Part shown: one piece after another, positions 45,435 to 53,339 of the stretch
Numbering within the stretch: the first letter of the stretch is position 1
Layout of the letters: the number at the start of each line of letters is the position of its first letter
Made by a program: the position numbers and the translations under genes
Assembly: GCA_964637955.1 (NCBI GenBank)
Contig: CAZWXQ010000004.1
Coordinates: 11,368 to 75,367 of the forward strand
Reading direction: 5' to 3'
DNA length: 64,000 nucleotides
Source: an uncultured Gammaproteobacteria bacterium
GTDB lineage: Bacteria; Patescibacteriota; Microgenomatia; Levybacterales; UBA12049
The notes under the pieces: model-generated
Databases searched by the model: none
Told to the model about the DNA's origin: nothing
What the model saw: only the letters and a program-made list of their open reading frames with translations

Positions 45435-46751
45435 TTAACAACCGAACTTAAAACCACAGCCACATTCTTTAGTCCTATTTTCTTGGGCAACTTCCATCTC
45501 ACTTGCAAACCTTCCTTTACATCCCGGGCAATGATAATGCTTATCTATCGTGGTCTGCTGACAATCTTCACACTTCTTATTAATCTCATCGAATTCCTTT
45601 ACGCTGAATCTTGCATCTTCTACTAAATTCGATAGCATAGGCTTCATCAACTTAACTCCACTTGAGGTTCCACATCCCACTTCTTTTTTCTCTACTTCCC
45701 TTTTTCCAAGTATCTCAATTTCTTCCTCTGACAGATTCGCTGGAAAAACAAAAACTAATTGATTTGGATTTCTTTCATATTCTGCTACCAAATCATCAGC
45801 CAAATTGAACATTCCATTAAAATTAATTCCAAATTTATATTCATCATTTTCCGACAAACCATCAATTGCTCCATCTATTAGCTGGTCTGCGGATGGAATA
45901 ATTACGCTATGAAAAAAATTCGTATCAGTATGTTTATGGTCCTTATGTAAAAATTTATGTACATCTTCAGCCGTTTCAAAAATCCCTGAAATATCAAAAG
46001 GACTTGCAAGAAAATCGTGATCTTCAAACCCTTTTAATCCAAATAATTCATTATATTCATCAATAGTTAATCCTGAACTAAACCTATTAACCGCAATTTT
46101 TCCATCCTTCCACATAAAAACATCATAAAAATTATATTGATAAATTGATCCCTTCTCGCCTTGCGGAGAAATGGATAAAACGCTTTTTCCATCCCTGAGC
46201 ATTTCTTCAATTTTCTGAAATCCTTCAATTTCAGCTGACTCACGTGGAAAATCAATTGGATTTCCATGAATTCTTCTATAATCCCTGCCTCTTTTAAAGG
46301 AATTAATTGCAGGTTCATTCATATCTTGACCCCAAAGCTCCCCATCTTTCATGTCGTAATAAAAAGTATTCGTCAAAACATTTAATCTCTCTGCAAGGAT
46401 GGTCTGAAGCTGTTTCTTGGTGTATGCATCCAGTCGCTCTTTTTCTTGAGCTCTAATTTCCGGTGGAAGTAATTCCAAAGCTTGATAGGCTTTAAAATCA
46501 AAAGTATGGTCATAGGCAACAATTTCCTGTTTTTCTCTATCCGGAATAGGCGCTAAATCTGCACGAATTTCAATTGGAGGCGGCATGACGCCAGCGTCAT
46601 ATGAAGAAGCTGCTGCTGGATATACCATAAATGACGAAGCTAAGACTGCACCTGCTGCAGTTCTCCCAAGCTTATATTTTAAAGAGTTTTCTCTCTCTTC
46701 TCTTAAGCGCCTGTCTCTATCTAAATTTCCAATTCCCTGCCCGCGTTCCAT
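45435..46751 (-). CDS. Hypothetical protein with an N-terminal signal/anchor and a C-terminal Cys-rich cluster
   Basis: C-terminus CGTSSG...CEDCQ...HYHCPGCKG...ECGCGFKFGC. Starts 2 nt after the pduO-like stop. Confidence 0.5.
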   Translation of the reverse strand: MERGQGIGNLDRDRRLREERENSLKYKLGRTAAGAVLASSFMVYPAAASSYDAGVMPPPIEIRADLAPIPDREKQEIVAYDHTFDFKAYQALELLPPEIRAQEKERLDAYTKKQLQTILAERLNVLTNTFYYDMKDGELWGQDMNEPAINSFKRGRDYRRIHGNPIDFPRESAEIEGFQKIEEMLRDGKSVLSISPQGEKGSIYQYNFYDVFMWKDGKIAVNRFSSGLTIDEYNELFGLKGFEDHDFLASPFDISGIFETAEDVHKFLHKDHKHTDTNFFHSVIIPSADQLIDGAIDGLSENDEYKFGINFNGMFNLADDLVAEYERNPNQLVFVFPANLSEEEIEILGKREVEKKEVGCGTSSGVKLMKPMLSNLVEDARFSVKEFDEINKKCEDCQQTTIDKHYHCPGCKGRFASEMEVAQENRTKECGCGFKFGC

Positions 46752-46753
46752 GA

Positions 46754-47332
46754 TTATTTTTTCTTCCAGATCTTTTCTTTTTGTTTTTCTTTGAAATTAA
46801 CGAATCTAGCCATCGTAAAAAGAAGATCTGACAAGCGGTTAAGATAGACAATTATTGTATTGTCGATTTCCTCTGTCCTTGCCAAATCTACGATCCTTCT
46901 CTCAGCCCGTCTAGCAATCGTACGCGCAACGTGAAGACTTGCTCCCCCTCTTCCACCGCCTGGCAAAATAAACTGCGTTAAAGGAGGCATTTCAGAAGTT
47001 AATTCATCGATTAATTTCTCTATTTGCTCTGGCCTTGAAGCAATCTGTGGAGCTGGAAGAGTTGAACTAACAGCAAGAGAAGAACCAATCTCCAGTAAAT
47101 CATTTTGGATTTCAATTAATTCTTGAATGACCAATTCCCAATGACCAATTCCTTTTTTTGTTTTTTGGGATTTGGGATTTGGGATTTGTGTAATTGCGAA
47201 ACCAATTGACGAGTTAAGTTCATCAATCGTTCCATAAGTCTCCACTTTTTTATCAGACTTAAGAACTCTTTTGCCATCAAAAAGAGATGTTTTTCCACTG
47301 TCTCCTGTTCTTGTATAAATTGGTTTAGACAT
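46754..47332 (-). CDS. pduO: ATP:cob(I)alamin adenosyltransferase, PduO type
   Basis: N-terminal IYTRTGDSGKTSLFDG is the PduO/MMAB signature. 192 aa, including a repeat-encoded insertion. Confidence 0.85.
   Translation of the reverse strand: MSKPIYTRTGDSGKTSLFDGKRVLKSDKKVETYGTIDELNSSIGFAITQIPNPKSQKTKKGIGHWELVIQELIEIQNDLLEIGSSLAVSSTLPAPQIASRPEQIEKLIDELTSEMPPLTQFILPGGGRGGASLHVARTIARRAERRIVDLARTEEIDNTIIVYLNRLSDLLFTMARFVNFKEKQKEKIWKKK
47129..47186. repeat. Direct 10-mer repeat (gaccaattcc x2) plus GGGATTT x3 heptamer repeat inside the pduO-like coding sequence
   Basis: gaccaattcccaatgaccaattcc ... gggatttgggatttgggattt. Encodes QIPNPKSQKTKKGIGHWELVIQ in the minus-strand gene. Confidence 0.8.
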
Positions 47333-47852
47333 AAAAAAATCGTTTAGAAAATCTTAAAGCGAGCTCATAACTTCCGAAAAATAAACCCACAAATATCAAA
47401 TCTCCCATTATTGTATTCCTAAAAAATGGTATAGCCATGAAATATGCCTGAACCATACCATCTATTGTTTTGGGGTATAAAGATGTTGCATACCAGAAAT
47501 TAAAATTTGTAAGTAGAAAAAAGATTATTGATGAAATAATGGAAGCACCTAAAATACTTGCCGTATTTTTATGATTTCTTAGCCATAGCCCAATAATTCC
47601 TGATATTAAAAAACTAGCATATACGAGAGGCGTACTGGGACTAAATCCTAAAAAAATATCTGAAGCAATCATAGCCAAAATAGGAATAATTAAAGCATAT
47701 TTTTTATTAAAATAAACTCCTCCAAACAAGGCCATAGCGGCTATAGGTGCAATATTTGCTGGATGAGGAATCAATCTTAAAAATGCACCAAACAATATAG
47801 CAATAAATGGAAGAATAAAATATTCAATTTTTAGTAATTTTGAATTTTCCAT
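47325..47852 (-). CDS. Polytopic membrane protein, possible ECF-type or vitamin-transporter S-component (B12 context)
   Basis: 175 aa with about 5-6 TM helices. Lies between the DUF4430-like gene and pduO. Confidence 0.4.
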   Translation of the reverse strand: MENSKLLKIEYFILPFIAILFGAFLRLIPHPANIAPIAAMALFGGVYFNKKYALIIPILAMIASDIFLGFSPSTPLVYASFLISGIIGLWLRNHKNTASILGASIISSIIFFLLTNFNFWYATSLYPKTIDGMVQAYFMAIPFFRNTIMGDLIFVGLFFGSYELALRFSKRFFYV

Positions 47853-48244
47853 TCTATTAAATCTCCTTCCTGAGTCATGTAATCAGCAGGCCCAACCTGG
47901 GATTCTTTTCCATTAACAATAAATGCCCAAAACTCTCTTTTATTTTCATCTGCCTGCCTACCATTAATCGAGGTAACCAAGCCTGATGTTACCTGCTTGA
48001 TAGTTGTTTTTTCTTTGAGAACTTCTAATGCACTTTTGCCTTCAACTCCCTGATACGAAAAACTATTATTCTGAGCTGAAACTGTAGGCCTTGAGCTTAA
48101 TTTTTTATTCTGCTGATTATAAAAAACAAATAAGACACCCCCGGCTAATATAATTAGAATTAAAATAATTAAAAATAATTTATTTCTTTTTCCCATAAAA
48201 AAAACTCCCCGTTTGTCCTGTAAGGACTCTCGAGAAGTCGACAA
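47831..48244 (-). CDS. DUF4430-like (transcobalamin beta-domain-like) small membrane-anchored protein
   Basis: C-terminal FWAFIVNGKESQVGPADYMTQEGDLIEWK fits the DUF4430 pattern (W.y.VNG....G....l..GD.I.W). Immediately downstream of a cobalamin-riboswitch-like leader. Confidence 0.5.
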   Translation of the reverse strand: MSTSRESLQDKRGVFFMGKRNKLFLIILILIILAGGVLFVFYNQQNKKLSSRPTVSAQNNSFSYQGVEGKSALEVLKEKTTIKQVTSGLVTSINGRQADENKREFWAFIVNGKESQVGPADYMTQEGDLIEWKIQNY

Positions 48245-48380
48245 ATAGATCTTGCTCGAGAATAAAATAAGGTGGTTTTCCGACTTTACGGTAGCGGCAC
48301 TGTGTGGGATTTCCAGCTCATCATTATTGATGAGCAGTCACCCGTCTTGCCCAATCCTTATTGCAAATATTTTAGTATCT
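48245..48380 (-). promoter_or_regulatory. Cobalamin (B12) riboswitch candidate in the leader of the DUF4430 / S-component / pduO operon
   Basis: The minus-strand RNA contains GGGCAAGACGGGUGA...GGAAAUCCCACACAGUGCCGCUACCGUAAAG, matching the conserved AGGGAA..GGUG.AA.UCC....C.G..CCCGC.ACUGUAA core. The genomic context is B12-related. Confidence 0.5.
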
Positions 48381-48435
48381 AAATAGTAGGCATTAGAGAC
48401 TTCCAAACATATCTCTAATATCTACTACTCAAACA

Positions 48436-50835
48436 CTAACATTCACTATGTCCACATGAATAGCATTTTCCACAACCTTCTTCGTATACGAAACTGCTAG
48501 TTCCACATTCTGGGCAAATATCCATCGTGTGTGTTTTTGGCTTTGTGTCCATGGTTATTCCCTCCTGAAGTGGAAGCTGTGTAAGAACTGTAATTTCTTC
48601 TTTTTCTTCTATTTGCTCTGAGACAATTGGCGCATCAGCTGGAGCTGAAGCAACTGGTGTTACTACCCCTGGAGCGAGCTTATCCTCCACTACTCCATTT
48701 ACCTTAAATGCATACTGCTTAGCTAGAACCTTGGCAATAGCATCTGGCAGAGATCTAACTCGGTTTTCTCCAAAACCTACACTTCTTGCTCCTCCTATTC
48801 CGGAGAGCTGACTTATAACTTGCCTTATCCTCTCGCGCGGCGGCAGGTTGCCTGCGAGACGAAGGTTTAGAGACACCATGCGACCAAGTGCATCAGCCAT
48901 AGCAGATAAATCTGATCCTGGCTTTCCAATCGTGATAAAGACTTCAAAAGGTTCTCCATTTTGATCGTGATTTAATGTGATATATGTGTCTCCAACTGGA
49001 GTTTGAGTCTTATATGTAACTCCTTCTACCATCATAGGCCTTGGTGCACGAACAATCTCCTTAGGAAGAACTGCAGCTTTAGCTTCCTCTTTTGGTTTTT
49101 CATCAACATGAGAAAGCACACCTTGTCGCGAACCGTCTCTGAAATAAGTAACACCCTTTAATCCGTTATCATAAGCCATCATGTAAAGATTTTTTACATC
49201 TTCTACACTATGTCCATTTGGCGCGTTCACTGTTTTAGAAATAGAAGAATCGATATATTCCTGCGCAATTGCTTGAACCATAACATGCTCTTCTGGAGTC
49301 AGGTCATTTGATGAAGCAAAATAATCTGGCTTTGCTTCCCCTGGATGTTTTTTCTGCCACTCTTCATAAAGCGGGTGGAACATTCTATGCTCCCCTAGCC
49401 TGTCTCGTCTGATAAATTCAAACTCATAAACTGGCTCAACTCCAGATGAAACTCCAGAAATCAAACTTGTAGTTCCGGTTGGAGCAATAGTAAGAAGTAC
49501 GGCATTTCTGATTCCATTTTTGGCAATCCTTGCTTGCAACCATTTCGGAAGATTCTGAATGTGATATCCCTGAAGATATTTTTCTTTATCAAACTTAGGA
49601 AATGCTCCTTTTTCCTTTGCAATATCACTTGAAGCCTCATAAGCATTATTCCTGAGAGTTTCAAAAATTTTCTTAATGGTTTCCTCAGACTCTGGTGCGC
49701 CGTATCTAAGCTTCATCTTAATAAGTGCATCTGCAAGCCCTAAAATGCCTAAACCAGTTCTTCTAATGTCTTTTGCTACCTGCTCATTTTCTTTGAAGAA
49801 ATAATACGTGTCATCTATTACATTATCCAAAAATCTCATTGCGACTTTTACATCCTTACCAAATGAAACGAAGTCAAATTTTTCGTTTTTTACATAGGCT
49901 GCTAGATTCATGGCACCTAGATTGCAAACTGCCCATGCTCCAAGAGGCTGTTCTCCACATGGATTTGTAGCAATAAGTTTTTCAAAATACCAAGTGTTGC
50001 TTCTTTTATTGGATCTTTCGAGGAAGTGAAGGCCTGGCTCAGCACTTCGCCATGCTGCTGTACAAATAAGATCCCATAATTCTTTTGCTTTTACCGTTTT
50101 ATAAACTTTTGTTTTTCTTCCAGCTTTTTTCCAACCAATTAAATCTCCATCCCAATCTTTATCATAATTTGGATCATCTAGATCTGGGTATTCTAGATTC
50201 CAATCAGCATCTGCTTTTACAGCTTCCATGAAAGCATCAGATACACAAACCGAGAGATTTGCGCCATTAATCTTAGTCAAATCTTCTTTTACGGTAATAA
50301 ATTCCTCAACATCAGGATGCCAATCATGAAGCATAAGCATAGTTGCTCCACGGCGGCTTCCACCCTGCTGTACAACATCATGAGTTGCATAAGAGAACAA
50401 GCCAGCCCATGTAACTGGACCTGAAGAAAATCCATTAACTTTCTTTACCCTTGCACCGCGAGGCCTTAGAGAAGATAAATTCAAACCAACTCCACCTGAG
50501 CGAGACTGAATCTCAACTAATTGCTTTAAGGAATCAATTATTCCTTCACGACTATCTTTTGGAGATGGAATAACAAAACAATTAAAATAAGTTACTTGGA
50601 AATCTGTTCCTGCACCTGAGAGAATTCTACCGCCTGGAACGAACTTGAAGTCGCTCATTACATCATAGAATTTTTTCTCCCAAACTCCACGAGCTGTTTT
50701 TCTTTCCTGCTTAGCAATACCCTTAGCTACTCTTCTCCACATTTCTTCTGGAGTTTTTTCCAATGCATTACCTTCTTTATCTTTTAAAGAATATCTGTCT
50801 AAAAATACTTTTTCTCTTACGCCATCAAGTTTCAT
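48436..50835 (-). CDS. nrdJ: Adenosylcobalamin-dependent (class II) ribonucleotide reductase
   Basis: N-terminal VFLDRYSLKDKEGNALEKTPEEMWRRVAKGIA is typical of NrdJ. NPCGEQPL active-site cysteine region. C-terminal Cys4 zinc ribbon. 799 aa. Confidence 0.8.
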   Translation of the reverse strand: MKLDGVREKVFLDRYSLKDKEGNALEKTPEEMWRRVAKGIAKQERKTARGVWEKKFYDVMSDFKFVPGGRILSGAGTDFQVTYFNCFVIPSPKDSREGIIDSLKQLVEIQSRSGGVGLNLSSLRPRGARVKKVNGFSSGPVTWAGLFSYATHDVVQQGGSRRGATMLMLHDWHPDVEEFITVKEDLTKINGANLSVCVSDAFMEAVKADADWNLEYPDLDDPNYDKDWDGDLIGWKKAGRKTKVYKTVKAKELWDLICTAAWRSAEPGLHFLERSNKRSNTWYFEKLIATNPCGEQPLGAWAVCNLGAMNLAAYVKNEKFDFVSFGKDVKVAMRFLDNVIDDTYYFFKENEQVAKDIRRTGLGILGLADALIKMKLRYGAPESEETIKKIFETLRNNAYEASSDIAKEKGAFPKFDKEKYLQGYHIQNLPKWLQARIAKNGIRNAVLLTIAPTGTTSLISGVSSGVEPVYEFEFIRRDRLGEHRMFHPLYEEWQKKHPGEAKPDYFASSNDLTPEEHVMVQAIAQEYIDSSISKTVNAPNGHSVEDVKNLYMMAYDNGLKGVTYFRDGSRQGVLSHVDEKPKEEAKAAVLPKEIVRAPRPMMVEGVTYKTQTPVGDTYITLNHDQNGEPFEVFITIGKPGSDLSAMADALGRMVSLNLRLAGNLPPRERIRQVISQLSGIGGARSVGFGENRVRSLPDAIAKVLAKQYAFKVNGVVEDKLAPGVVTPVASAPADAPIVSEQIEEKEEITVLTQLPLQEGITMDTKPKTHTMDICPECGTSSFVYEEGCGKCYSCGHSEC

Positions 50836-50837
50836 AA

Positions 50838-50866
50838 TTTTATTTCAATGTCATTCCGAACTTGTT
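50838..50866. repeat. REP-like palindromic repeat, short form
   Basis: tgtcattccgaacttgtttcggaatc: an 8-bp stem attccgaa/ttcggaat with a 5-nt loop. Confidence 0.55.
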
Positions 50867-50873
50867 TCGGAAT

Positions 50874-51272
50874 CTAATTTACCAATTTCCTTTCCGTTTG
50901 ATTTTCTGCTGATACTACTTCAAGCATAGCTGCTCCCAATTCTTTTTTATTATGATTTAAGCTAAATTTATAATCCCCTTCTGACTCGATAGGAAGTCCT
51001 GCAAGCTCTACTATTAAATTATTTTTGCCATTTTCCCCAGTTGTACTATTTAGATTAAAAGAAGCAATCTCTTTCGTTCCTTTTTTAAAACTTAAATCAA
51101 GTTTATATTCTGTAAATGTTTCTCCACTTATAGTTGCTACAAAAAATGCTCTGACAAGTGTCGTTGGAAAAGTGACAACATTTAATTTGTCAAAAATTCC
51201 ATCAATACTTAGCTTCCCTTCTCGGGATACTGATGCATAGTCTGATAATGTTATTAAATTTACTTTTAACAT
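50874..51272 (-). CDS. Hypothetical protein between nrdR and nrdJ
   Basis: 132-aa ORF. Confidence 0.5.
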   Translation of the reverse strand: MLKVNLITLSDYASVSREGKLSIDGIFDKLNVVTFPTTLVRAFFVATISGETFTEYKLDLSFKKGTKEIASFNLNSTTGENGKNNLIVELAGLPIESEGDYKFSLNHNKKELGAAMLEVVSAENQTERKLVN

Positions 51273-51275
51273 ATT

Positions 51276-51725
51276 TTAATTAGTTAGTTTTTTTACTTCT
51301 TTCTCAAAATCTTCTATGTCTACAAACCTTTTGAAGACGCTAGAAAACCTTATGTATGCTATTTTATCAAGCTTCTTAAGTCTGATAGAAACTAATTGCC
51401 CGATTTTCTTACTGTCTACTTCTACAGACTCCCCACCTCGAAGTTCTCTTTCTATTTCAGTAACGATTTTTTCAACATCGTCTACTGTAACTGTAGTTTT
51501 CTCACAAGATCTAAGTATTCCATTTTTTAATTTGTCGCGGTCAAATTGTTCGCGTCTTCCGTCTTTCTTAATAACAACAAGATTAATGTTTTCTACTCTC
51601 TCATAAGTAGTAAATCTTTTCTCACACTTAACGCAATTACGTCTTCTTCTGATTGTTTCTAAATCTTCAGAATCCCTAGTCTCTACAACCTCTGTTTCTC
51701 TTGATCCGCAATATGGACATTTCAT
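51276..51725 (-). CDS. nrdR: Transcriptional repressor NrdR
   Basis: MKCPYCGSRETEVVETRDSEDLETIRRRRNCVKCEKRFTTYE (zinc ribbon plus ATP-cone). 149 aa. Confidence 0.9.
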   Translation of the reverse strand: MKCPYCGSRETEVVETRDSEDLETIRRRRNCVKCEKRFTTYERVENINLVVIKKDGRREQFDRDKLKNGILRSCEKTTVTVDDVEKIVTEIERELRGGESVEVDSKKIGQLVSIRLKKLDKIAYIRFSSVFKRFVDIEDFEKEVKKLTN

Positions 51726-51810
51726 ATTTGTTTATTTCCTGGGCAAAAAGTCAATGTTCCGGCACTCTCCTAAACCTGCTTTGTTAAAATTGAAATCTAT
51801 ATGATTCAAT

Positions 51811-51826
51811 TCTAGGAGCACTAAAT
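51811..51826. promoter_or_regulatory. Candidate NrdR box (palindrome gCACTAaatcTAGTGc) upstream of the nrdR-nrdJ operon
   Basis: Resembles the NrdR operator consensus acaCwAtATwGtgt. A weaker second candidate sits at 51937-51950 (cacaaaaatagtg). Confidence 0.35.
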
Positions 51827-52027
51827 CTAGTGCCAAGATTGATCTTATGACGCTACTAGCGGGGTGTCAACTACTAATAACTGGATCAAAAATAGTCAAG
51901 TTAAAAATTAGCCTCACTTTTTAAATCATTTAAAAAATCACAAAAATAGTGCAAAAAAATGGGTAAAATTTATAACAAGATCTCTTAAGTTAAGAGTAAT
52001 AAATTACATCAATTTAGATATTTTTAA

Positions 52028-52591
52028 CTAAATCTGTGGATTAAATGAATTTACTTTATTTTGAATGATTTGCACTTTTTGAAGACCATCTTTTAGTTTA
52101 TTCAAATCTTCGCCACTTGATGATTTGAGCAAACTATCAATTTCCTCTTTTTGCTTATCCGAAGAAGTTTTAATTTTTGAATTTATCTCATAAACATTTT
52201 CATCCGTTTCTTTCGCTTCCTTCATTTTTTCAAAAGATTTATCAAGATAAGTTTGGCTTTTTGAAAGAGTTTCAAAAGCCACTTCCTTATCTCCCCTTTT
52301 GTAAAGGATAAGAAATGCAGCAAGTCTTTTATCCGCTTGAAGTAAATAGAAATTAGATTTTTTAAGAGGGCTTGAAGGCATAACTTCTGTAAACTTATCT
52401 CTTATTAATTTAACAGTGTATAAAGCTGATCCAGGAAGAATACCGGGATATGGAAGCTCATAATTTACAGGTGTGGGCCCAGTGCTAGGAGTAGCACTTA
52501 CTGTTGGCATAGGAATTGTTATATTTTGAGCTAGAGCGTGTGAATTAAAAATCAGCGTGAAAAGAAAAAATATTATTAAGATTTTTTTCAT
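52028..52591 (-). CDS. Secreted hypothetical protein
   Basis: N-terminal signal peptide MKKILIIFFLFTLIFNSHALA. 187 aa. Confidence 0.5.
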   Translation of the reverse strand: MKKILIIFFLFTLIFNSHALAQNITIPMPTVSATPSTGPTPVNYELPYPGILPGSALYTVKLIRDKFTEVMPSSPLKKSNFYLLQADKRLAAFLILYKRGDKEVAFETLSKSQTYLDKSFEKMKEAKETDENVYEINSKIKTSSDKQKEEIDSLLKSSSGEDLNKLKDGLQKVQIIQNKVNSFNPQI

Positions 52592-52643
52592 AGATCATCT
52601 GCCTCCAGGCAAAACCCTACTCTACCACCAGGTATTTTAAATA

Positions 52644-53231
52644 TCAAGAGCTTGAGACGTTAAGTTTTTCGAGGACTAAATTAAGACTATCAGTGGGATT
52701 ATGAGAATAAGTATTGATGACTAAATCGTAATATTTGGTATCCCAATAAACCCAATCAGGATCTCCATTTACATATATTCTTCTCCACTTCTCGATATCA
52801 TTATTTTCTCTTTCGATGATTTCTGCCTTTGCTTCTTCAACACTTGATTCTTCTCGATTTATAAATCTATCTATTCGAATATCTATATGATCATTCCCCT
52901 CTTCATCCTGACAGATAACCAAAATTTTAAACACACCCTCAACACCTTGAGCGTTAAAACCAGCCAATTTTGTTTCAAGAACAATGTGCTTTTCTTCATG
53001 TATGATTTTTTTTAGTTCCTCATCAAAAATCTTATCCTCATCGTCTGGTCTTTTATTTGTATCTTTTGAATCTAAGCCAAGCTTTGAACGGACTCTTTCC
53101 CAAAAAATATCTCCACCTTCGATATGTTTCCAATCAAGTGTTTTAGATAAGTTTTTAGCGAGAGTTGTGGATCCTGCGGCAATGCGACCTGAGACTGTGA
53201 TTATTCTTGTACCATCTAAATCTTTTGGCAT
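52644..53231 (-). CDS. cmk: Cytidylate kinase, archaeal-type (P-loop NMP kinase)
   Basis: P-loop ITVSGRIAAGSTT. The C-terminal DIRIDRFINREESSVEEAKAEIIERENNDIEKWRRIY...YYDLVINT matches the archaeal-type Cmk pattern. Confidence 0.65.
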   Translation of the reverse strand: MPKDLDGTRIITVSGRIAAGSTTLAKNLSKTLDWKHIEGGDIFWERVRSKLGLDSKDTNKRPDDEDKIFDEELKKIIHEEKHIVLETKLAGFNAQGVEGVFKILVICQDEEGNDHIDIRIDRFINREESSVEEAKAEIIERENNDIEKWRRIYVNGDPDWVYWDTKYYDLVINTYSHNPTDSLNLVLEKLNVSSS

Positions 53232-53339
53232 TTCCCCAGTATACCACGGCTGTTTTATTGATCAAGGGGCTAAATCACAAAAATTTTTAAAAATAGCTAA
53301 TTAATTGAAATACAATTTAAAAATGATTAATATTATTAT

